Origin: an uncultured Candidatus Saccharibacteria bacterium
GTDB taxonomy: Bacteria; Patescibacteriota; Minisyncoccia; Phycocordibacterales; UBA9973
Length of the DNA: 64,000 nucleotides
NCBI GenBank assembly: GCA_964475655.1
Contig: CAYYXE010000001.1
Span: 5,435-69,434 of the forward strand
Direction: 5' to 3'
The notes below the pieces were generated by a model. The model did not search any database. It worked only from the letters and a program-made list of their open reading frames with translations, and had not been told where the DNA came from. Below, in pieces: positions 9,664 to 18,430 of this stretch (position 1 is its first letter; each line of letters begins with the position of its first letter). The translations under genes were made by a program, and so were the position numbers.

Positions 9664-10879
9664 CACCACACCACAGACACATATCACCACTGGATTTCGC
9701 ATTGCGGCAGGACTTGTGCTGATGGTCGGCATCTTTTTTGGCGGGGTATACATAGGCTATGCCAACAGGCCTGCAAGCGACAAGATAGTGGCAGTCGTCA
9801 ATAAAGATTCTCCTATCACAAGCAAGGCTGACTTTGAGACGTTTTGGAAGGCGTGGCAGATCGTCGAGAGCAAGCTTCCTGATGCAGACAAGACTGCCGC
9901 GCAAGACCGCATCTACGGCGCCATCAAAGGCATGCTCGGATCATTTGGTGATCCGTATACGACGTTCTTCCCACCAAGTGAAAACACGGCATTTGAGACA
10001 GAAATATCGGGCACGTTTAGCGGCATCGGGGCTGAGATAGGGGAGAAGGATGGGGTGCTCACCGTGATCGCACCGCTGAAGGATACACCCGCCGAGAAAG
10101 CGGGTATGGAAAGTGGTGACAAGATTATCGCGATTGATGGCACGAGTACTATCGATATGACCGTAGATAAGGCCATCTCATTGATTCGCGGCAAGTCCGG
10201 CACGACTGTGACGCTGACCATCATCCATGCAGGCGGGCAAAAGGACCTCAAGATTGTGCGGCAGCAAATCGATCTTCCGACCGTAAAAACTGAGAAGCGG
10301 GAGAATGATCGCGTCTTTATCATTCACCTATACAACTTTTCGGCCAAATCTGCATCATACTTTTATGATGCAATGCAAGAATACCTGGCCTCCGGCTATC
10401 CCAATCTCATCATTGATCTGCGCGGCAATCCCGGCGGGTATCTTGATGCTGCTGTAAAGATCGGTGGATGGTTCATCCCTGAAGGCAAGACCATAGTCAA
10501 AGAAGTCGGAAAGACCTCAACTGACGTCAGTGTGCATACCAGTGCTGGACCAGTACTCTTCCCTCGAAACGCACGTTTGATCGTATTGGTGGACAAGGGG
10601 TCTGCATCAGCATCTGAGATCCTTGCAGGAGCACTTGCGGACCATCGCATCGGGGTCATCGCAGGGGAGCAGACCTACGGCAAGGGATCCGTGCAAGAGC
10701 TTATCAAGGTGACCCAAGACACATCGCTGAAGGTCACGATCGCCAACTGGTATACCCCCAATGGCACCTCGATCAGCAAGAGCGGCCTAACCCCTTCCGT
10801 AAAGATTTCTCCCGATAAAGACGAAAAGTCTGGCGTGGATTCGCAGCTTGAGGCAGCAGTTGCACTCTTTAAAAAATAA
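9656..10879 (+). CDS. ctpA: Carboxyl-terminal processing protease (S41, PDZ)
   Basis: DPYT, PDZ GIG, DLRGNPGG, SASASEI and GKGSVQ motifs. Confidence 0.92.
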   Translation: MHNTTPQTHITTGFRIAAGLVLMVGIFFGGVYIGYANRPASDKIVAVVNKDSPITSKADFETFWKAWQIVESKLPDADKTAAQDRIYGAIKGMLGSFGDPYTTFFPPSENTAFETEISGTFSGIGAEIGEKDGVLTVIAPLKDTPAEKAGMESGDKIIAIDGTSTIDMTVDKAISLIRGKSGTTVTLTIIHAGGQKDLKIVRQQIDLPTVKTEKRENDRVFIIHLYNFSAKSASYFYDAMQEYLASGYPNLIIDLRGNPGGYLDAAVKIGGWFIPEGKTIVKEVGKTSTDVSVHTSAGPVLFPRNARLIVLVDKGSASASEILAGALADHRIGVIAGEQTYGKGSVQELIKVTQDTSLKVTIANWYTPNGTSISKSGLTPSVKISPDKDEKSGVDSQLEAAVALFKK

Positions 10880-10880
10880 G

Positions 10881-11315
10881 ATGAAAGTACTTCTCCTCAA
10901 AAACGTCCCCAAGGTAGGCAAGAAAGATGAGGTAGTCGAAGTCGCCGAAGGCTATGCCAACCACGCACTCTTTCCCAAGAAGCTTGCCGTGCCTGCAACC
11001 GCTGCAGCAGTTGCATCGCGTGATCGCCGTCGCCAAAACGTCGCCGCAGAACAGGAGATTCGTCACCGACTGCTCGATACGATGATCCAAGGACTTGCAA
11101 GCAAGGAGTTGTCCATGAAAGTGAAGGCAAACGGCCAGGGCCATCTCTTTTCTAAGGTGCATCCTGCTGATATTGTAAAATTTTTGGCAACCCATCGTAT
11201 CGAAGTAAGCGAAGCATCGCTCGTGCTTCCTGAAATCAAAACGCTTGGCGCGTATACGATCGGAATACAAGATGGGGACTACCGTGCATCGTTTGCTCTC
11301 ACGCTCACAACATAA
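10881..11315 (+). CDS. rplI: 50S ribosomal protein bL9
   Basis: MKVLLLKNVPKVGKKDEVVEVAEGYANHALFP N-domain. Confidence 0.93.
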   Translation: MKVLLLKNVPKVGKKDEVVEVAEGYANHALFPKKLAVPATAAAVASRDRRRQNVAAEQEIRHRLLDTMIQGLASKELSMKVKANGQGHLFSKVHPADIVKFLATHRIEVSEASLVLPEIKTLGAYTIGIQDGDYRASFALTLTT

Positions 11316-11340
11316 AAGCCTCTCAGTTCGAGAGGCTTTT
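11314..11340. terminator. Bidirectional terminator rplI/rpmA
   Basis: AAAAGCCTCTC...GAGAGGCTTTT. Confidence 0.8.
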
Positions 11341-11342
11341 AA

Positions 11343-11624
11343 TTATTTAGTATCGATGATGTTTGCTGCTTTGCGTACAGTAGTGGTGCCGTCAAAGTTG
11401 TGTTTGCGCTTTGAGGTAAATTTTACAAAGCCTTCTTTGAGCGCAAAGAGGGTGTGATCCTTGCCGAGGCCTACTGATGTGCCAGGAAGGATTTTGGTGC
11501 CGCGCTGGCGCACGATAATAGACCCAGCAGTTGCAAACTGACCATCATAGAGCTTGGTGCCGAGATATTGTGGATTTGAATCCGTTAGGTTTTTTGCTGC
11601 GCCTTGCGCTTTCTTATGTGCCAT
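11343..11624 (-). CDS. rpmA: 50S ribosomal protein bL27
   Basis: [16 protein letters not shown] and GKDHTLFAL motifs. Confidence 0.97.
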   Translation of the reverse strand: MAHKKAQGAAKNLTDSNPQYLGTKLYDGQFATAGSIIVRQRGTKILPGTSVGLGKDHTLFALKEGFVKFTSKRKHNFDGTTTVRKAANIIDTK

Positions 11625-11706
11625 AGAGAAGACTATCTTAGCCTAAAATCCCCCCATAGTCAAGGTAAGAAAGGGGAGCGGAATGGGTAATGATACACTA
11701 GGAGCT

Positions 11707-12078
11707 ATGGAAGACTTTGTATCCCGACACTACCGCGTACTCTTTGCGCTGCTTTTGGGCACCATTGTCATTTTGGCTTTTTATGTTGGAATGTTGCAGG
11801 GGAGAAAGGGGGGAACGTCGGGAGTCATTCTCTCCTGCACCGACGAAGTACTCAGTAGTCTCAAGATCGTATCTCCTGTGGAAGCAAAGGCTGAGTATAC
11901 CGCAGAGGCGACTGCTGTCCCCGATGCGCCCCAGGGTGCCTTTGCTGGCTCCAAAAACGGCACCAAGTACTACGCACCAGGATGTGCAGGGCTTGAGCGC
12001 ATCAAGCCTGAGAACCGCGTGTGGTTCAAGAGCGTAGAAGATGCTACGCTGCAGGGATATACGGCCGCGGCCTGCTAA
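11707..12078 (+). CDS. Membrane-anchored protein with Ada metal-binding-like C-terminal domain
   Basis: N-terminal TM; GSKNGTKYY.PGC...IKPENRVWF.S.EDA...GY...C. Confidence 0.7.
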   Translation: MEDFVSRHYRVLFALLLGTIVILAFYVGMLQGRKGGTSGVILSCTDEVLSSLKIVSPVEAKAEYTAEATAVPDAPQGAFAGSKNGTKYYAPGCAGLERIKPENRVWFKSVEDATLQGYTAAAC

Positions 12079-12083
12079 TCACT

Positions 12084-12968
12084 ATGACTTTTTCTATCAA
12101 AACATTCACTGCCATACTCGCACTGCTCATCACGGTACTGGCCATTCGTCCGACCGTAGTGAAGGATATCCTCGGATCTGCCATCGTACAGAGTTCGACA
12201 GAGACCGTGCAGACGATTGGAAGCCTTATTCCCTCAAACATCATTTCATACATTGAGCCCATCAAACCAGTCTCTGTCACGAGAAGTGACGCCGAGCTCT
12301 CGGTCGAAGCCATCATCGACGCCACCAACAAAGAGCGCATCAAAGCAGGCCTCATACCGCTTCGTTCAAATGCGCGCCTTACGCAGTCTGCGACCACCAA
12401 GACCCGTGACATGATCACACGCGACTACTTCGAACACCAATCTCCCGATGGCAAAGGGGTAGCTGACCTTGCGCTTGCAGCCGGGTATGACTATGTAATC
12501 GTAGGCGAAAATTTGGCACGTGGGGGATTTGCCAGTGCAAGCGATCTGGTCAATGAATGGATGAATAGTCCCGGCCACCGAGCAAATATGCTCAGCTCCA
12601 AATACGAAGAGATTGGAGTCTATGCCGCGCAAGGTATGTATGACGGTCATGAGGTATGGTTTGCGGTCCAACACTTTGGGACGAGTCGTGCGACGTGTCC
12701 CGTCATCAGTGAGCGTCTCAAGATCGAAATCGACACCATGAATGCTGACCTGGGCAATCGCCGTGCCCAGATCGCAAGTGAAAAGGCGGCACTCGAAGCA
12801 CCAAACCATCCCGAGGGCGACGAGTATCGAGCGCGCGTCACGACATTTAATGCACTCGTCGCCGAGTACAATACCATCCTCGTCATTTCCCAAGAAAAGA
12901 TCAAAGCCTACAACGCCCAAGTCGCAGCCTTCAACAATTGCCTCACTGTATACAAACCAGTCAAATAA
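12084..12968 (+). CDS. CAP/SCP-domain secreted protein
   Basis: TNKER, YFEH, GENLA and WMNSPGHRANML motifs. Confidence 0.9.
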   Translation: MTFSIKTFTAILALLITVLAIRPTVVKDILGSAIVQSSTETVQTIGSLIPSNIISYIEPIKPVSVTRSDAELSVEAIIDATNKERIKAGLIPLRSNARLTQSATTKTRDMITRDYFEHQSPDGKGVADLALAAGYDYVIVGENLARGGFASASDLVNEWMNSPGHRANMLSSKYEEIGVYAAQGMYDGHEVWFAVQHFGTSRATCPVISERLKIEIDTMNADLGNRRAQIASEKAALEAPNHPEGDEYRARVTTFNALVAEYNTILVISQEKIKAYNAQVAAFNNCLTVYKPVK

Positions 12969-13063
12969 ATATAAAGAAGCCCCAGTAGAAACCGGGGCCG
13001 TTTACCAAAATTAACTGCTTTAAAAAAACTTACGATTTTTATTATCGTTAAGTATACTCCTAG

Positions 13064-13421
13064 GTGAGGTGTAGGGCCTCACACCGGAGAACTTGTAGTG
13101 TATAGATCTTGCTATATTTTCTTACGATACAAAAGCGCTATTTCACTGCTAGGGAGAAGTGGTCTGTATAATATAAACAACGTCGCACAATATATCTTTA
13201 CGACATATACACAGAGAGAAAGGATCCGTCTATATACCCAAGCACTTCCCCTTGGCTTTTTTATAAATGGCGGGATAGTGCCGACAAATCTTTGATCCAT
13301 ATCTACATGTCCACACTAGTTCTCTGTTGTATATTTTATGTACAGTATTTCTTGCGTAGAAATTCGATAAAAATACAGGCAACCCAAAAAGAACGTATCA
13401 GGGGAGTACTTCCCTATTTTT
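13064..13421 (+). ncRNA. Candidate ~360-nt structured non-coding RNA (unassigned; 6S RNA possible)
   Basis: Promoter TTACGA-17-TATACT(13030-58); nested stems with plus-strand G-U pairs; 3' hairpin AGGGGA-GTAC-TTCCCT followed by ATTTTT. Confidence 0.55.
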
Positions 13422-13564
13422 GACCAAACAAAAAGCCCCCATAAGAGATATGGCGGCTTAATTATCAAAACCAACTGTATGTACTTTTTAAAACTGGAAT
13501 CCTAACTGCATGTATAAAACCGGATCCCAGCCTATGAAAACTTACTAGAAACTATAGCAACTAC

Positions 13565-13942
13565 CTAGCTACAAGGCAAGCCAGTGGTAGTACTTACGGG
13601 ACTGGTGAGTGTGCAACCGTCTGGAAATACGGTACCGTTGTCATACTGCTGGTAGCTGTAGTCCACGTACTGGGTTTGCGGATAGGTGTAGTAGGTGTAA
13701 GTAGAACCGCTTGAGTAGGTCTGTGCGGTACGCGGTACGTAGCGGACAATCGAGTACGTGCCAGTCGCTGGACCAACGTTTACATTGAGCGGAAGCGCGC
13801 TTGCAGCATACTGCGTGCCTCGGTATGAGTAACCTACTGTGGTATTTGATCGGCTGAGCAAAATCACCACGATAATGATACCGATGATAAGGATTGCGCC
13901 GAGGAGTGTCTTGTGAGAATTGTCTTGCATAGAATGACTCAT
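13565..13942 (-). CDS. Membrane-anchored Tyr/Thr-rich protein with C-terminal PxGCT...STTTGxPC motif
   Basis: TM LLGAILIIGIIIVVILL; ends FPDGCTLTSPVSTTTGLPCS; start at 13942 or 13930. Confidence 0.7.
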   Translation of the reverse strand: MSHSMQDNSHKTLLGAILIIGIIIVVILLSRSNTTVGYSYRGTQYAASALPLNVNVGPATGTYSIVRYVPRTAQTYSSGSTYTYYTYPQTQYVDYSYQQYDNGTVFPDGCTLTSPVSTTTGLPCS

Positions 13943-14026
13943 GGGGTTACGTTGGGATACTACCATTACTTCCCCGCTTCGCCTACAGTATTGACTATTT
14001 CGTATAAAGTGTGTTCTAATGATGAT

Positions 14027-14707
14027 ATGCAAAAAGAACGACTCGAAAAGATCATCGCACAGCGCGGCCTTGCATCGCGCCGTGAAGCAAAGGCGCTCAT
14101 CGGTGAAGGAAAGGTGACGGTCAATGGCAAGGTGGTCACTGAGCCTGGCTTTGGTATCGACCCTGATACAGCCCACATCGAGCTCAAAGATACTACCACC
14201 AAAGAATCCTACCTCTTGTACAAGCCACGTGGTATCGAGACGAGTAAGACGAACAGGAATTCTAAAGATATTCATGATGTCTTTCCGAAGCTTGCGCACC
14301 TCTCGCCTATTGGCCGGCTCGACAAAGATTCCGAAGGGTTGATTATTCTTTCAAATGACGGCACGCTTACCAAAGCGCTTACTCAAGAACATTTTTCAGT
14401 CGGCAAAACATATCGAGTCACCGTCAAAGAATTCGTATCAGATGCTGCCTTGCAAAAGATGTCGCACGGCATTGTGCTCGACAAAGTAAAAACGAAGCCG
14501 GCTGTTACGAAGCGCGTATCGCGCATGGTCTTTGATATCACGCTTCACGAAGGCCGCAAGCACCAGATCAGGCGCATGTGTGATGCGTGCAAGCTTACGA
14601 TCGAGTCGCTCGTGCGCATCGGCATCGGACATCTCAAGAGTACAGGCATGAAGGCTGGTAATGTAAAAAAGTTGAGCCCCCAAGATATCGCAGATCTGAA
14701 AGCTTAA
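14027..14707 (+). CDS. rRNA pseudouridine synthase (RsuA/RluB family)
   Basis: S4 domain ASRREA, GRLDKDSEG and EGRKHQIRRM motifs. Confidence 0.93.
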   Translation: MQKERLEKIIAQRGLASRREAKALIGEGKVTVNGKVVTEPGFGIDPDTAHIELKDTTTKESYLLYKPRGIETSKTNRNSKDIHDVFPKLAHLSPIGRLDKDSEGLIILSNDGTLTKALTQEHFSVGKTYRVTVKEFVSDAALQKMSHGIVLDKVKTKPAVTKRVSRMVFDITLHEGRKHQIRRMCDACKLTIESLVRIGIGHLKSTGMKAGNVKKLSPQDIADLKA

Positions 14708-15207
14708 ATCGCGCGACTATCGTACGCCCAGTGCAGGAGTGCTTGGCGTTGCTTGGGTCGGCAGTGTATGTCCCCTGGTCTGCAATGCGCCTGTACTTGC
14801 CCAACGTGTCTGCGGATCGCCTTCCAACGCTTGATCTGACGTGCGTCTTCGATAGGTATGCGCCGGCCCATGTAGTAGCGGCAGTACCACTGAAACCATC
14901 CTCTAGGATCGTCCTTGTATATCCATCCCTTTGCTTGCCACACTGAGAGCGGCTGGCTTGCATTTACTCCAAAGTAGTTGATCGACTTTTCGTGATGGGT
15001 GCTACAGAGTTTGGACTGCTTGAACCAACTTTTGGGAAATTCGTCCTGACAATCAGTCATATACTTGCCGCCAAACACGCCGAGGTGCAGCATCTCTTTG
15101 GGGGTAAGTGATGGTCGAAATTCTGGGTCAAAATGTTTACCCATAGGCTCAGAAAGCACGTACGTGTACTTCTTTTGCATTTTGTCGTTGACTACTACTT
15201 TTTTCAT
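14704..15207 (-). CDS. Conserved hypothetical protein
   Basis: LTPKEMLHLGVFGGKY and DPRGWFQWYCRYYMGRR; looks like a conserved uncharacterised family. Confidence 0.8.
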   Translation of the reverse strand: MKKVVVNDKMQKKYTYVLSEPMGKHFDPEFRPSLTPKEMLHLGVFGGKYMTDCQDEFPKSWFKQSKLCSTHHEKSINYFGVNASQPLSVWQAKGWIYKDDPRGWFQWYCRYYMGRRIPIEDARQIKRWKAIRRHVGQVQAHCRPGDIHCRPKQRQALLHWAYDSRAI

Positions 15208-15274
15208 ATACGCAGTATACACAACGAAGGTTTTAACTCCTCCATGTGTTGGTGCAAAATTGCTATACTAAAGC

Positions 15275-15892
15275 ATGTTCAACCTCACTCCATCCGAAGC
15301 AAAGCTTTTCAAGAAGCTCAATACCCCTGCCAAGATTCAGGACTTTTTGAATTCTATTTCATACAACTTTGAGAAAGGTGGTGAGACGTGCAGGAGTCCT
15401 CGAGAAGTGCTCAAGGTAAAGTGTGCGCATTGCCTCGAGGGTGCGTACTTTGCGGCAGCGGTGCTGTGGTATCACGGAGAGAAGCCACTACTCCTTGATC
15501 TCCGGAGTACCAAGCATGATCTCGATCATGTAGTTGCAGTATTCCGAAGGAATGGGTGCTATGGAGCAATATCGAAGACCAATCACGCAGTGCTCCGCTA
15601 TCGTGAGCCCATCTATCAGACACTGCATGAGCTCGTACTCTCCTACTTTCACGAATATTTCCTCGATGATGGGCAAAAGACGCTGCGTGAATACTCCAAG
15701 CCATTTGATCTGTCAAAGTTTGGAGACGAGTGGATTACCAGTACGGATGACCTGTGGGAGATCGGAGCCTTACTCGACGATGCGCCACACAACGCTATCT
15801 TGCCGCAACGTATGAATCCTAAGTCTCTTCGTAAGGCTGACAAGGTTGAGATAGAGGCGGGTAAGCTAGTAGAATATACATCGTCTCTATGA
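15275..15892 (+). CDS. Conserved hypothetical protein, transglutaminase-like Cys/His
   Basis: AHCLEGA, DHVVA and GAISKTNHAVLRYREPIY. Confidence 0.75.
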   Translation: MFNLTPSEAKLFKKLNTPAKIQDFLNSISYNFEKGGETCRSPREVLKVKCAHCLEGAYFAAAVLWYHGEKPLLLDLRSTKHDLDHVVAVFRRNGCYGAISKTNHAVLRYREPIYQTLHELVLSYFHEYFLDDGQKTLREYSKPFDLSKFGDEWITSTDDLWEIGALLDDAPHNAILPQRMNPKSLRKADKVEIEAGKLVEYTSSL

Positions 15893-16830
15893 GTATGAAG
15901 AAAAAGAAGCACATAGCTCTTAGCCTTCTTGCACTTGGTGCGGCTGTTGTCATTGGTGGGTACGTGGTGACAAAGCAGGACCAGGTCGCTCCGCAACCTG
16001 CAATATCTGATGTGCAGACAGACGTACTCCCTACTACCCCTGAGCCTACACAAACTGTAGACGAAGTCGTACCACCTGATGGTCAGACATATAGATCGAT
16101 CAAAGTCGTCACCGATCAGCCGGGCTATGAGATCTCACGCGAAGTCGGACTTGCCAATGTCCCCTTTGTGCTGAGCTTCAACCGCATGGACGAAAAGCAT
16201 ATCCAAAAGAACTCCACAATCACCATCCCTCCGACATTTACGGATTGGGATTCACTTTCCCCCTTCCCCCGAGAGCTTCCTGTCGCACAAGATATCGACA
16301 AGCTTCTCTTGGTCTCGCAGCGCATCCAGGCAGTCGGCGCATATGAGCGCGGCACGCTCGTGCGTTGGATGGTCACCAGTACGGGCAAGAAAGAAACGCC
16401 GACCCCAAGCAAGCTCTACTTTACCAACTGGAAGGGTAAGCTCGTGACAAGTACGCTCGAAGGCGGCTACATCTTGCCGTGGGCATTCAACCTCGACAGT
16501 ATGGAAGGTATTGCGATGCACCAATTTGATCTGCCCGGATTTCCTGCAAGTCACGCATGTGTGAGACTACTGGAAGCGGATGCAATGTGGATCTATGATT
16601 GGGCAAATCAATGGATACTCGATGCAAGCGGTCAAAATGAGCTCGCGAAAGGCACCCCAGTCATCATCTTTGGCAAATATGCCTATGACAAACGAGCTCC
16701 TTGGAAAAACCTTGCCACTGATCCAACCGCGACGACACTTACGGTAGCTGAGCTGACTGAAGTCCTAAACAAAAATATCAATGAGATCAAAGCTGCTGCG
16801 GAGAAAAGAGTGGATGTAGAAAATCAATAA
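15889..16830 (+). CDS. L,D-transpeptidase (YkuD domain)
   Basis: TSTGK, IAMH...PASHACVRL catalytic motif; N-terminal TM. Confidence 0.9.
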   Translation: MSMKKKKHIALSLLALGAAVVIGGYVVTKQDQVAPQPAISDVQTDVLPTTPEPTQTVDEVVPPDGQTYRSIKVVTDQPGYEISREVGLANVPFVLSFNRMDEKHIQKNSTITIPPTFTDWDSLSPFPRELPVAQDIDKLLLVSQRIQAVGAYERGTLVRWMVTSTGKKETPTPSKLYFTNWKGKLVTSTLEGGYILPWAFNLDSMEGIAMHQFDLPGFPASHACVRLLEADAMWIYDWANQWILDASGQNELAKGTPVIIFGKYAYDKRAPWKNLATDPTATTLTVAELTEVLNKNINEIKAAAEKRVDVENQ

Positions 16831-16840
16831 AGAAGAAATA

Positions 16841-16865
16841 AAAAAGCTGCAAATTTGCAGCTTTT
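16841..16865. terminator. Bidirectional terminator
   Basis: AAAAAGCTGCAAATTTGCAGCTTTT palindrome. Confidence 0.75.
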
Positions 16866-16885
16866 AATGAAATTAAACAAAATTT

Positions 16886-17278
16886 TTATTTGCCAGCTTC
16901 TCTAACCACTGGAATACCCCAATCATCAATGATTACTCCTTTCCGCACTATGTAAGTCATAGATGTATCGATAGGAAGATCTTTAATAATTGCAACCCTG
17001 AATTCAGGTTTTCCGGGACCCTCACTTACCAAGGCCTGATAGTAGTGTTTTTCATCCTTTAAATGAAAGTGTGTTGTTACAGCATCTTTAAATGTTAGTT
17101 TAACACGAAGATTGTCTTTTAAGTTTCCGTATAAACTTTTGTAGGCATTTAAGGAGTCACGGCATTCTTGAATTTCTTTTTGTAATTGAGAAATCCCCTT
17201 ATTATCTTCATTGTCCTCGCAGGATACAAATAATGTTGTAATAGCTGCAAAAAGCAGAAATAAAAATACTTTTTTCAT
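16886..17278 (-). CDS. Hypothetical lipoprotein (AT-rich cassette)
   Basis: MKKVFLFLLFAAITTLFVS-C-EDNEDN lipobox; promoter TTGACT(17347-42)-17-TATTAT(17324-19). Confidence 0.78.
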   Translation of the reverse strand: MKKVFLFLLFAAITTLFVSCEDNEDNKGISQLQKEIQECRDSLNAYKSLYGNLKDNLRVKLTFKDAVTTHFHLKDEKHYYQALVSEGPGKPEFRVAIIKDLPIDTSMTYIVRKGVIIDDWGIPVVREAGK

Positions 17279-17393
17279 GTTTATCGTTTTTATTTTTTAC
17301 AAAGAATTTTATAAATATATAATATCACATTTACTTATAAAAGTCAATACACAAAAAAGCCCTATCGCTAAGGCTTTTTTGACTGAGTATTCT

Positions 17394-17957
17394 TTAATAT
17401 TTCCGTATCACTCCTCGTATGATAGCTATCACCTGCAAGTCGTGTTTGGGATGCATGGGTTTAAACTTTTTGTTGGCGGGTTCGAGCCAGGATTTCTTGC
17501 CGTCGGTACGAAGGTATTTCATCGTGTGCTCCCCGTCGATTTGTGCGATCACGATATCGCCATCCTTGGCCACAGAGGTACGCTCTGCGATCACGATATC
17601 GCCGTCACAGATGTGCTCGTCGATCATGGAATCTCCATCGACTTCTACCATATAGGTCTCCTTCTTCTTTTTGACCAGATAGCTTTCGAGGTTGAGTGTC
17701 TCGAGTACTTCGTCGACTGCTGATGGGAATCCCGCTTTGACTGAGCCGAGCAGCGGCAAGCTATCAAATGAATTGGTCGGCAGAAGCTTGCCAAGCTTGT
17801 CTTTGGTGACGATACCGGCATCGATGAGCTTCTCCACAAGTCGTGCCACCGCATTCTTGCTTTTGTACCCAAAGAGCTTCATCATCTCGGTGTACGTCGG
17901 CATACGCTTGTGTGACTCGTGGAAGTCTATGAGTTGTTGTTTGTGGTTGCCTTCCAT
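17394..17957 (-). CDS. lexA: LexA repressor (S24 peptidase with HTH)
   Basis: PTYTEM HTH, VKAGFP Ala-Gly cleavage site, GDSM catalytic Ser and TMK catalytic Lys. Confidence 0.88.
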   Translation of the reverse strand: MEGNHKQQLIDFHESHKRMPTYTEMMKLFGYKSKNAVARLVEKLIDAGIVTKDKLGKLLPTNSFDSLPLLGSVKAGFPSAVDEVLETLNLESYLVKKKKETYMVEVDGDSMIDEHICDGDIVIAERTSVAKDGDIVIAQIDGEHTMKYLRTDGKKSWLEPANKKFKPMHPKHDLQVIAIIRGVIRKY

Positions 17958-17960
17958 ATC

Positions 17961-18167
17961 CTAAAAGAGAAATTGTACCACGCGCATAAAGGAGAACCAT
18001 CGAGTATAGGGGCTCGGTTGCTTTTTTGCAGGTAGTGATCGGTATGAGTGAAATGCGACTGGATAAGAATGTAATTCGTTGAGCGCTATCACCCCTTCGA
18101 GGCGCTTGAGCTCTGTTTGGACTAAGGATTTGAATTGGGTGTTGATCTGTAGATTGTTTGGTTTCAT
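17961..18167 (-). CDS. Small hypothetical protein in lexA operon (68 aa)
   Basis: Starts right after the upstream ORF stop and ends 3 nt before lexA ATG; paralog-like to 18169-18354. Confidence 0.65.
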   Translation of the reverse strand: MKPNNLQINTQFKSLVQTELKRLEGVIALNELHSYPVAFHSYRSLPAKKQPSPYTRWFSFMRVVQFLF

Positions 18168-18168
18168 A

Positions 18169-18354
18169 TTAGGCAAAGGAAAATAGCTTGCTAAAGAGTC
18201 CGCGTTTGGTTTGGCGAGACATATATCGAGTGAGTGCCTTGTGGCGGCGTGATTCTTGCGAGTAACGCTCTCCACGCAGGATCTTGTAATCGATTTGTTC
18301 GTTGAGCATGCGAAGCTCGCGTCGGATATTTTGTTTGAATTGTTGCTGTGTCAT
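18169..18354 (-). CDS. Small basic hypothetical protein, first gene of lexA operon (61 aa)
   Basis: MTQQQFKQNIRRELRMLNEQID...RGLFSKLFSFA. Confidence 0.7.
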   Translation of the reverse strand: MTQQQFKQNIRRELRMLNEQIDYKILRGERYSQESRRHKALTRYMSRQTKRGLFSKLFSFA

Positions 18355-18400
18355 AAATGTTGTTTGTGTGGACGTTACTTGATAATCGCGACCTGTATCT

Positions 18401-18430
18401 AGTATACGTGAACGATCGTTCACCATGCAA
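18401..18430 (-). promoter_or_regulatory. Promoter with LexA (GAAC-N4-GTTC) operator
   Basis: TTGCAT-18-TATACT with perfect palindrome GTGAACGATCGTTCAC (18408-18423) in the spacer. Confidence 0.85.

Noticed and set aside
13098-13300. 65-aa (+) and 62-aa (-) ORFs
   Set aside because: No recognisable protein features; the extensive pairing is better explained as RNA structure
13064-13421. RNase P RNA or tmRNA
   Set aside because: Lacks GAGGAAAGTCC and the P4 partner, and has no tRNA-like ends or T-loop
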